A stretch of DNA of 64,000 bases. It comes from an uncultured Rikenellaceae bacterium. GTDB taxonomy: Bacteria; Bacteroidota; Bacteroidia; Bacteroidales; VadinHA17. The translations under genes were made by a program, and so were the position numbers. Location: positions 97,909-161,908 of the forward strand of contig CAYMFM010000002.1 in assembly GCA_964389685.1 (NCBI GenBank), read 5' to 3'. The notes beneath the pieces were generated by a model that did not search any database, was not told the DNA's origin, and was given only the letters and a program-made list of their open reading frames with translations. Of this stretch, positions 38,731-48,608 are shown in pieces; positions within the stretch are counted from its first letter, which is position 1; each line of letters begins with the position of its first letter.

Positions 38731-39705
38731 ATGCTGACGCTGGATACTACACGTGATATGGTGAACAAAGCCCTATCCAACCTCGTTTTAAAAACCCAAC
38801 CTGCAGAGTTGTACGATCCGATACGGTATACGCTCTCCATTGGAGGCAAGCGATTACGCCCATGCATGGTGATCATGGGATGTAACCTGTTTAAGGATCA
38901 GGTCGATGAAGCCATTCACCCCGCTCTGGCAATAGAGATCTTTCATAATTTCACGCTGCTTCATGACGATATCATGGATGATTCACCCATCCGAAGAAAT
39001 CAGCCTACCGTGCATAAACAATGGAACCGGAATATAGCCATTCTTTCAGGAGATGTCATGGCATTTCTTGCTTACGGACAATTGATTCAGACCAGAACGG
39101 ATATCATAAACGATCTTATTTATATTTTTACCCGGACGGCTGAAGGGGTTTGTGAGGGACAGCAATACGACATGAATTTTGAATCAACAGGCAAAGTAAC
39201 TGAGGTAGAGTATCTGAAAATGATTGAATTAAAGACAGCCGTATTGATTGGTGCTTCCCTTAAGATCGGCTCGGTTATTGGAGGGGCTTCCACATCGGAT
39301 GCGGAAAGCATGTACGCCTTCGGGAAAAACCTTGGCATGGCGTTCCAGCTTCAGGATGATCTGTTGGATGTATATGGGGATCCAATAATCTTCGGGAAAA
39401 CAATCGGGGGAGATATCGTGGGGAATAAGAAGACGTATCTGCTTGTGAAAACGGTTGAGATGGCCGATGAGAAAATGAAGGAGAAAATCATCGACCTGCT
39501 GGAGGACCGGAAGATGGAGAGGGAAGAAAAGATCCGGTCAGTAAAAACAATCTACGATCAGTATGACATAAAACAACGAACCAATGAGATGGTGAATAGC
39601 TATTTCAGCAAGGCGAACAGCATGCTTGAGGAAGTTCGCGTGGAAGAGAGAAGGAAACAGGAGTTGAGAAAGCTGGCCTTATCCTTATTGGACAGAGAAA
39701 AATAA
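38731..39705 (+). CDS. polyprenyl diphosphate synthase family protein
   Basis: First and second Asp-rich motifs LLHDDIMDD and FQLQDDLLD. Confidence 0.88.
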   Translation: MLTLDTTRDMVNKALSNLVLKTQPAELYDPIRYTLSIGGKRLRPCMVIMGCNLFKDQVDEAIHPALAIEIFHNFTLLHDDIMDDSPIRRNQPTVHKQWNRNIAILSGDVMAFLAYGQLIQTRTDIINDLIYIFTRTAEGVCEGQQYDMNFESTGKVTEVEYLKMIELKTAVLIGASLKIGSVIGGASTSDAESMYAFGKNLGMAFQLQDDLLDVYGDPIIFGKTIGGDIVGNKKTYLLVKTVEMADEKMKEKIIDLLEDRKMEREEKIRSVKTIYDQYDIKQRTNEMVNSYFSKANSMLEEVRVEERRKQELRKLALSLLDREK

Positions 39706-39714
39706 ACAGAATGA

Positions 39715-40284
39715 TCACTTCTTAATCACCCCCTCAATATTGAACAGGAATCCAACGGTAAGGGACCATTGATGAAATTTTCCCAGGGTGTATTTCATTT
39801 CAGCGAACAGTAAGCTTCTGCGACTCACCTTGTATCCGGACCCGATCCCGGCATTGAACCCCGGATAGTTATCGGAATAGTCGTTTGGGAATGTCTCTTT
39901 TCCCAGGTACTTTGATGACAGGAAGTTTACATCCAGACCTGCCAGTGCATAGAACGACCACTGTGTTCCATAGGTAGAAAAAATGTAGTGAAGGTCGAAA
40001 TCCAGCATCCATACCAGTGATTTTCTTTCACCATTGTCTTCTGCCAGATACTCTTTATTCGGAAGAAAAAGGGTGGTCGAAAAACTGACTTCCAGTAAAT
40101 CGGCAAACGGGTATGAACCCCGCAAAAAAAGTCCGGGTATTCCCGTGTTAACACCGTGATAAGTATATCCATCTCCTATTCCCGCACCACCGCCCAGGTA
40201 AATATCCTGAGCATGGGTTTCGTGCAATGAACAAGGGATTAGCACCATGGCTATCATGAACAATCGATGCATTTTTATTTCCAT
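39715..40284 (-). CDS. small outer-membrane beta-barrel protein (porin-family-like)
   Basis: Signal peptide ending AQ, with alternating hydrophobic/aromatic beta-strand pattern rich in G/Y/F. Call by pattern only. Confidence 0.5.
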   Translation of the reverse strand: MEIKMHRLFMIAMVLIPCSLHETHAQDIYLGGGAGIGDGYTYHGVNTGIPGLFLRGSYPFADLLEVSFSTTLFLPNKEYLAEDNGERKSLVWMLDFDLHYIFSTYGTQWSFYALAGLDVNFLSSKYLGKETFPNDYSDNYPGFNAGIGSGYKVSRRSLLFAEMKYTLGKFHQWSLTVGFLFNIEGVIKK

Positions 40285-40329
40285 TTTTGACCCTTTCCTG
40301 ATAGAGGTAGTTAAACTAATAAAAAATAC

Positions 40330-40337
40330 TAAATTTG
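40330..40337 (+). promoter_or_regulatory. candidate Bacteroidota -7 promoter box (TAnnTTTG) for atpDC
   Basis: Exact match taaatttg, 40 nt upstream of the atpD ATG. Confidence 0.3.
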
Positions 40338-40340
40338 TAA

Positions 40341-41885
<1,545 letters not shown>

Positions 41886-41947
41886 TCGATTTGTTCCTGC
41901 TACTGTCAGGTAGCTGTGTGAACAAATCCAAAAAATGCTTGTGACTC

Positions 41948-42196
41948 ATGTTTTTGGAAATCATAACTCCCGATCGGAAACTGTTCACCGGAGAGGTCAA
42001 GCTGGTTCAGGTTCCCGGAACAAAAGGCTCCTTTGAGATCCTGAAAAACCATGCCCCGATTGTTTCTTCTCTGGAAAAGGGGACCGTTAAAATTATAAAT
42101 CAGCAGGATCAGGAGGATTTTTTTGATATCGAGGGCGGGGTCATAGAAGTAAAGAAAAATAACATTATTATCCTTTCAGAATCTCAGAAGGAATGA
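41948..42196 (+). CDS. atpC: F0F1 ATP synthase subunit epsilon (short form, N-terminal beta-sandwich only)
   Basis: MFLEIITPDRKLF...VQVPGTKGSFEILKNHAPI pattern. At 82 aa it lacks a C-terminal helical hairpin. Confidence 0.88.
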   Translation: MFLEIITPDRKLFTGEVKLVQVPGTKGSFEILKNHAPIVSSLEKGTVKIINQQDQEDFFDIEGGVIEVKKNNIIILSESQKE

Positions 42197-42930
42197 AATC
42201 ATTCTATTGCAGTATTGCCATTTTTTGCCTTTCCATCCTTTCATTTAGCCAGAAAAAAGTATCCTTTCAGGCAGCTGATGGACTGAAAATCACAGCAGAC
42301 CTCTATGAATTGAACGAGACAAATCCCTATCTCCTGTTGTTTCATCAGAATGGATCAAGCAGGGGAGAATTTCATGAAATAGCCGGCAAATTGACAAAAT
42401 TTGGATACAACTGCCTGGCTGTCGATCTGCGATCCGGAGAAGAAGAGAGCTATGTTCAGAATGAAACAGCCCGGAGGGCGAAAGAACTTGCTGTTTCAAA
42501 TGACCTGATCGATTGTATAAAAGACATCGAAGCTGCTATAGGATATGCCCATGAGAAGAGTGGCAAAAATGTCGTGCTCTTTGGAAGTTCTTTCTCAGCA
42601 TCCCTGAGCCTGGTAATCGGGAAAGACCATCCGCATGTTGAAGCCGTTATTGCCTTTAGCCCGGGTGAATTTTTTCCATCAGATTTTAAGGTGAACGAGA
42701 TGCTGGCGGATTATACAAAACCGATTTTCGCAGCCGGCATGAAACGAGAGGAACCCTATCTGGTGGATATGCTCGTACTGGTACCGGATGACAAAAAAAC
42801 CATTTTTGTTCCTGAAACCGATCAAGGTGGATATGGAGCAAAAGCCCTCTGGGAATCCAACAGCTCCTCTTTTGAATACTGGCTTGGCTTGATGGTATTC
42901 TTTAAAAACATAGCACCTTCAGAACAATAA
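42193..42930 (+). CDS. secreted alpha/beta-fold hydrolase (dienelactone-hydrolase-like)
   Basis: Signal peptide and a nucleophile-elbow-like VVLFGSSFSAS. ATGA overlap with the atpC stop. Confidence 0.55.
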   Translation: MKSFYCSIAIFCLSILSFSQKKVSFQAADGLKITADLYELNETNPYLLLFHQNGSSRGEFHEIAGKLTKFGYNCLAVDLRSGEEESYVQNETARRAKELAVSNDLIDCIKDIEAAIGYAHEKSGKNVVLFGSSFSASLSLVIGKDHPHVEAVIAFSPGEFFPSDFKVNEMLADYTKPIFAAGMKREEPYLVDMLVLVPDDKKTIFVPETDQGGYGAKALWESNSSSFEYWLGLMVFFKNIAPSEQ

Positions 42931-42976
42931 TCTTTCAATTCGACTCCTGAGACCAGGAACGGTAAATTCTTATATT

Positions 42977-43969
42977 GTGGTAAAATACCTTGTTGTTCGC
43001 TTTAGTTCTATCGGCGATATCGTGCTTACTACACCGGTAATTCGATGCCTGAAAAATCAGGTGCAGGACGCAAGAATACATTACGTCACAAAAGAACGAT
43101 TTACCCCCATTCTCAGTAGCAATCCCTATATCGATCACATTCATTCTTACTCCGGGAACCTGAATGCACTGATCAGTGAACTGAAAAATGAACATTTTGA
43201 TTATATCATTGATCTTCATCATAACCTGAGAAGTGCTTTGCTGAAATCCAGGATCAGGATAATATCTTTTTCATTTCCCAAATTGAATGTTCAAAAGTGG
43301 TTATTGGTGAACCTGAAGATCAACCGACTGCCCGATATGCATATTGTTGACAGGTATTTTAAAACAGTTCGGTTATTTGATGTAACGAACGATAATCAGG
43401 GGCTCGATTATTTCATCCCGGAGGAGGATATCGTCCCACTGGAAAGCTTACCTGTGGAATTCAGGAAAGGATACATTGCTTTTGCCATTGGCGGTTTACA
43501 CACCACAAAAAAGCTAACTGCGGAAAAAATTATAGGGATCTGTAAAACGGTTGATAAACCGGTTATTCTACTGGGAGGAAAAGATGACACAGAAACGGGA
43601 AGTGAGATTGCTGAAGAGGCCGGGAAAACCATCTATAATGCATGTGGTACCTATTCCATTAACCAGTCAGCCTCTCTTGTACGACAGGCTGAACTTGTTA
43701 TTACACACGATACCGGGCTGATGCATATCGCTGCTGCATTCCGGAAGAAAATCATCTCCATCTGGGGAAACACCATACCGGAATTTGGTATGTATCCATA
43801 CCACCCTGATCCGGCATCGGTTATCATTCAGGTCCCAAATTTATCCTGCAGACCCTGCTCAAAAATTGGATTTGACAAATGCCCGAAAAAACATTTCAAA
43901 TGCATCAATGATATCGATATTGATCGGGTCGTGCAGATAGCGAACGATCGTTTAACTGAAAAACCATGA
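42977..43969 (+). CDS. glycosyltransferase family 9 (heptosyltransferase-like)
   Basis: GTG start. N-terminal LVVRFSSIGDIVLTTPVIRCLK and C-terminal THDTGLMHIAAA, both typical of GT9. Confidence 0.8.
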   Translation: MVKYLVVRFSSIGDIVLTTPVIRCLKNQVQDARIHYVTKERFTPILSSNPYIDHIHSYSGNLNALISELKNEHFDYIIDLHHNLRSALLKSRIRIISFSFPKLNVQKWLLVNLKINRLPDMHIVDRYFKTVRLFDVTNDNQGLDYFIPEEDIVPLESLPVEFRKGYIAFAIGGLHTTKKLTAEKIIGICKTVDKPVILLGGKDDTETGSEIAEEAGKTIYNACGTYSINQSASLVRQAELVITHDTGLMHIAAAFRKKIISIWGNTIPEFGMYPYHPDPASVIIQVPNLSCRPCSKIGFDKCPKKHFKCINDIDIDRVVQIANDRLTEKP

Positions 43970-45390
43970 AAACAAATGAGTTCCGTACTCATGCCCACAG
44001 GGTAGTCGACTGGATGGCTGACTACCTGGAAAGCATTGAAACCTATCCGGTAAAATCAACGGTATCACCAGGAGATATTTTTATTCAGATTCCGGATCAA
44101 CCCCCGGGAAACGGTGAACCGGTAGACCAAATCATGAATGATCTTGACCGGATCATTATGCCGGGTATGACACACTGGCAAAGCCCAAACTTCTTTGCCT
44201 ATTTCCCCGCAAATTCCAGTTATCCCTCCCTGCTGGCAGAGATGATAACCAGCTGCATGGGTGCCCAGTGTATGATCTGGGAAACCTCTCCTGCCGCTGC
44301 AGAACTGGAAGAAAGAATGATGAATTGGCTTGCCGGTATGATTGGACTCCCCCAAACATTTCATGGTGTGATCCAGGATACAGCATCTACAGCCACATTG
44401 GCTGCATTGATAACAGCCCGGGAGAAATTTACCGATTATGAGATCAATGACCAGGGTTTCGGGAATCAGCCTGATTTTAGAGTCTATTGCTCAACAGAGA
44501 CACACTCTTCGGTTGAGAAAGCAGTTAAAATTGCAGGCTTTGGGAAACGTAACCTGGTCAAAATTCCGGTTGACAGGGAATTCCGGATCGTACCGGAAAA
44601 CCTGGATAAGACCATTATGCATGATAGAAAACAGGGGAAAGTGCCGCTTTGCGTGGTTGCTACCATCGGAACAACCGGCACAACATCAATTGATCCGCTG
44701 AAAGAGATATCAGACATTTGCAAACGCCATCAACTATGGCTTCATGTAGATGCAGCCATGGCCGGTACAGCCTTGATATTGCCCGAATACCGTTGGATGA
44801 TAGAGGGGATCGAATCGGTCGATAGCTTTGTTTTCAACCCCCATAAATGGATGTTCACTAATTTTGACTGCTCGGCATATTTTGTTCGTGATCCGGAAAC
44901 CCTGATCAGAACATTTGAAATTTTGCCGGAATACCTTAAAACCCGGACGCGGGGGATGGTGAATGATTACAGGGATTGGGGAATCCCCCTTGGAAGAAGG
45001 TTCAGGGCACTGAAATTATGGTTCGTTATCCGGGAGTTCGGAGTAAAAGGATTGCAGGAAAAGATCCGGCTTCACCTGGCACTAGCCACGAAATTGAAAG
45101 AGATGATACTCGGAGATCAACATGTTGAACTGATGGCTCCGGTACCATTGAATACCGTATGCTTTCGGATTAAACCCGACGGAATTGAGGATGAAGAAAC
45201 AATCAACCGTTACAATGAACAACTGTTGCAGGAGTTGAACAGTTCCGGGAAACTATACCTGACCCATACAAAATTAAATGGGAAGTATACGCTGAGAATG
45301 GTAATTGCACAAACCAATGTTACAGAACAACATGTTATTCGCGCATGGGAAACAATAAAAGAATATGCCGCGAGAATAACTGAACAGTAA
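43966..45390 (+). CDS. pyridoxal-dependent (group II) aromatic-L-amino-acid/tyrosine decarboxylase-like enzyme
   Basis: Motifs HWQSPNFFAYFP and HVDAAMAG, plus PLP-lysine motif NPHKW. ATGA overlap with the GT9 stop. Confidence 0.85.
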   Translation: MKTNEFRTHAHRVVDWMADYLESIETYPVKSTVSPGDIFIQIPDQPPGNGEPVDQIMNDLDRIIMPGMTHWQSPNFFAYFPANSSYPSLLAEMITSCMGAQCMIWETSPAAAELEERMMNWLAGMIGLPQTFHGVIQDTASTATLAALITAREKFTDYEINDQGFGNQPDFRVYCSTETHSSVEKAVKIAGFGKRNLVKIPVDREFRIVPENLDKTIMHDRKQGKVPLCVVATIGTTGTTSIDPLKEISDICKRHQLWLHVDAAMAGTALILPEYRWMIEGIESVDSFVFNPHKWMFTNFDCSAYFVRDPETLIRTFEILPEYLKTRTRGMVNDYRDWGIPLGRRFRALKLWFVIREFGVKGLQEKIRLHLALATKLKEMILGDQHVELMAPVPLNTVCFRIKPDGIEDEETINRYNEQLLQELNSSGKLYLTHTKLNGKYTLRMVIAQTNVTEQHVIRAWETIKEYAARITEQ

Positions 45391-45479
45391 TAATTCGAAA
45401 GAAATGTGTTATTTTCACCCGTTTCCAACAGGAGCGTGAATATCAGTTTTGTGACACCCCTTGAATTTACTGACTGGTT

Positions 45480-48400
45480 ATGAGGAAAATTGCTGATTTC
45501 TTGTTTTCTCCCCATGTAATGGGATCGTTGATCCTGATCTTTGCCGTATCCATTGCCATGGCAACGTTTATCGAGAATAATCATGGTTCAACTGCTGCAA
45601 GGGATGCTGTATATAATACAAAATGGTTTGAACTGCTGCTGCTGATTCTGGCATTTAACCTTACGGGAAGAATCATTCGATTCAAACTCTATGTCAGGAA
45701 GAAGCTATCGATTTTTTTATTCCATTTTTCCCTACTCGTTATTCTGACAGGATCGGCTATAACCCGCTATTTCGGATTTGAAGGAAGCATGCATATAAGG
45801 GAGGGTAAGCAAACGAATCAGATCCTTTCTCAAAATATCTACTTGATGGCCGGTGTTAAGGCCGGTGTGGCAGAGGAGATGTACCGGGAAGATACCCGGC
45901 TGCCTGGCTATTCCAACAAAACATTCTCAAAATCCGTGAAATTGAATGGGACCAGATACACCATTCGATTGGAAGAGGCTATTCCAAATGCCATGGAGTC
46001 ACCAACCCCTGATCCCAATGGAGAACCGGTTGTATCCCTGATTGCATTTGGAAAGGAGTACAGGCAATCCGTGATCCTGTACGAGGGGGAAACAAAAACA
46101 GTAGGAGAAGCAACCATCGGTTTTAACACGGATAGTGAAGCGGTGGGAATCTCCATTCAATATAGGGATTCCCTGTTGTCCATCCGGTTTCCCCAGGATG
46201 CAGTAACCAGCTCCATGATGGGAAACCGGGAAGAGATACTGGAAAAGGATCATTATCATCCGTTTGAAAAAAGAAAAATATATTCCTCAGATGGAATTCA
46301 GCTGGTGCTTCAGGAAATGTATGATAGGGCAATCACCCAGTGGGTCTCTGCACCGGCAGAGTCCTTCATTACCGAAACCGATGTGTTTGTGTTCAGCATA
46401 ACCGGAAAGGGAAAAACAAAAAGAGCCATCGTTAAAAGTCAGATCAACCGTCCCGGAGAGACCACGGCTGTGAACATGAATGGCGATACGTTATACCTCT
46501 CCTATGGAAAGTCAATCATCACCCTTCCCTTTGCTATCCGTCTTGAAGATTTCCAGCTGGAACGGTATCCCGGCTCAAACAGCCCCTCTTCTTTTGCCAG
46601 TGAAGTAACCCTCATCGATCCGGAGAGCAATAGGGAAGTTCCATTTAGAATTTACATGAACAATATTTTAAAACATCAGGGATACCGGTTCTATCAGTCT
46701 TCCTACGATCCGGATGAAGAGGGGACCCTATTGTCAGTAAACCATGACTCCTCAGGAACCATTGTAACCTATATCGGATACTTTATGCTTGTTTTCGGTA
46801 TCCTCTGGTCTTTGCTGAACGGTAAAAGTCGGTTCAGGACTCTTGCCCGGGTGGGTACCGGTAAGGCAGCCCGGCAGATCGGAACAATTTTTGGAATACT
46901 TCTGGGATCCCTGTTTATGGGTTCCGGCACGGTTGCCCACTCGCAGGAGTGGATTCAGGCGGAAAACAGAACCATTCCCTATAAACATACCCGGAAATTT
47001 GGAGAAGTGCTGGTTCAGGATAACAATGGAAGGATCAAACCACTGAACACGCTGGCTTACGATGTGATACGCAAGGTGACAGGGAAAGAAAAATTTTTGG
47101 GATACCATCCAACACAACTCTTTCTGGGGATGCTTACAGATCCCGGATACTGGCAAACCGTCCCTTTGATAAAGATCGGGAACACCAATCTGGCAAAAGC
47201 CATGGGTGTGGATGGGAAATACGGATCCCTGATGGATTTCATTGATATGGCACGAAGGGGGGAATACAAATTGAGCGCATACGTTGAAAGGGCTTATTCA
47301 AAAACACCTTCCACAAGAGATAAGTTTGACAAGGAAGTGATCGCGGTTGATGAACGGGTGAATATCTGCTATATGATATTTACCGGGACAATTCTGGATA
47401 TCTTCCCTGAACCGGAAGATACTGGCCACACCTGGTACTCACCGGATGAAGCCTATTTGCATGTTCCCCAATCGGATTCGTTGTTCATCAAACACATCGT
47501 CCAGATGTACTTCCAATCAGTCACAGAGTCGGTTAATTCGGATGAGTGGGAACAACCCGATGAATACCTGGACGCGATCCTCACCTATCAGTACCGGAAT
47601 GGGGGTAATGTACTTCCTCCCGGGAATAAAGTGAAGCTGGAGATTCTCTATTATAATGTTAATGTATTTAAAAAGCTGTTTCCACTCTATTCCCTGTTGG
47701 GATTAACCCTCCTCCTGTTGCTGATTGCTAACATTATTATGCCGAAATTGAATATCCGGTATGTGGTTATCCTTATCCTTGTACCTCTTACTTTGGGATT
47801 TGTTGCCCATACAGTTGCCCTTGGAATACGGTGGTATATCTCCGGACATGCACCCTGGAGTAATGGATACGAATCGATGATCTATGTGGCCTGGGCTACC
47901 ATGCTGGCAGGATTTCTTTTTGCCAGAAAATCATTGATTGCCCTGTCGGCAACGGCTGTTTTAGCTTCCCTTACTCTCCTGGTGGCACATTTGAGCTGGA
48001 TGAACCCGGAAATTACCAATCTTGTTCCCGTGTTGAAATCCTACTGGTTAACCTTCCATGTTTCCGTTATAACAGCAAGCTATGGATTCTTGGGACTTGG
48101 GGCACTTCTCGGTTTACTTAACCTGATTCTGATGTGGTTGAAAAATGAGGGAAACAGAAAGAGGATCGAAAAACAAATTCTGGAACTGACAAGAATTAAT
48201 GAAATGTCGCTGATTCTGGGTTTGTACTTCTTAACCATCGGCACAATCCTTGGAGCAGTCTGGGCTAATGAATCGTGGGGAAGATACTGGGGATGGGATC
48301 CAAAAGAGACCTGGTCCCTGGTCACGATCCTGGTTTACACCTTCATTCTTCACATGAGACAAATACCGGGTTTAAACAACGAATATGCATTCAATCTAAG

Positions 48401-48602
48401 TGCACTGGTGGGATTTGGATCGGTATTAATGACCTATTTTGGGGTTAATTACTACCTGACTGGCTTGCATTCCTATGCAGGGGGAGATCCGGTGCCGGTT
48501 CCCGCATTTACCTATTTCATCCTGATAACCATCCTCCTGATAGCAGCTTTTGCCTATGCCAGTGAAAGAAAATTAGAGCCACGGATCACGGGTGACGAAT
48601 GA
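45480..48602 (+). CDS. fused cytochrome c biogenesis protein ResB(CcsB)/CcsA (System II)
   Basis: ResB-like N-terminal half with a large periplasmic domain. The CcsA-like C-terminal half has Trp-rich haem-handling motif WGRYWGWDPKETW and conserved His residues. Confidence 0.85.
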   Translation: MRKIADFLFSPHVMGSLILIFAVSIAMATFIENNHGSTAARDAVYNTKWFELLLLILAFNLTGRIIRFKLYVRKKLSIFLFHFSLLVILTGSAITRYFGFEGSMHIREGKQTNQILSQNIYLMAGVKAGVAEEMYREDTRLPGYSNKTFSKSVKLNGTRYTIRLEEAIPNAMESPTPDPNGEPVVSLIAFGKEYRQSVILYEGETKTVGEATIGFNTDSEAVGISIQYRDSLLSIRFPQDAVTSSMMGNREEILEKDHYHPFEKRKIYSSDGIQLVLQEMYDRAITQWVSAPAESFITETDVFVFSITGKGKTKRAIVKSQINRPGETTAVNMNGDTLYLSYGKSIITLPFAIRLEDFQLERYPGSNSPSSFASEVTLIDPESNREVPFRIYMNNILKHQGYRFYQSSYDPDEEGTLLSVNHDSSGTIVTYIGYFMLVFGILWSLLNGKSRFRTLARVGTGKAARQIGTIFGILLGSLFMGSGTVAHSQEWIQAENRTIPYKHTRKFGEVLVQDNNGRIKPLNTLAYDVIRKVTGKEKFLGYHPTQLFLGMLTDPGYWQTVPLIKIGNTNLAKAMGVDGKYGSLMDFIDMARRGEYKLSAYVERAYSKTPSTRDKFDKEVIAVDERVNICYMIFTGTILDIFPEPEDTGHTWYSPDEAYLHVPQSDSLFIKHIVQMYFQSVTESVNSDEWEQPDEYLDAILTYQYRNGGNVLPPGNKVKLEILYYNVNVFKKLFPLYSLLGLTLLLLLIANIIMPKLNIRYVVILILVPLTLGFVAHTVALGIRWYISGHAPWSNGYESMIYVAWATMLAGFLFARKSLIALSATAVLASLTLLVAHLSWMNPEITNLVPVLKSYWLTFHVSVITASYGFLGLGALLGLLNLILMWLKNEGNRKRIEKQILELTRINEMSLILGLYFLTIGTILGAVWANESWGRYWGWDPKETWSLVTILVYTFILHMRQIPGLNNEYAFNLSALVGFGSVLMTYFGVNYYLTGLHSYAGGDPVPVPAFTYFILITILLIAAFAYASERKLEPRITGDE

Positions 48603-48608
48603 TGCGGT

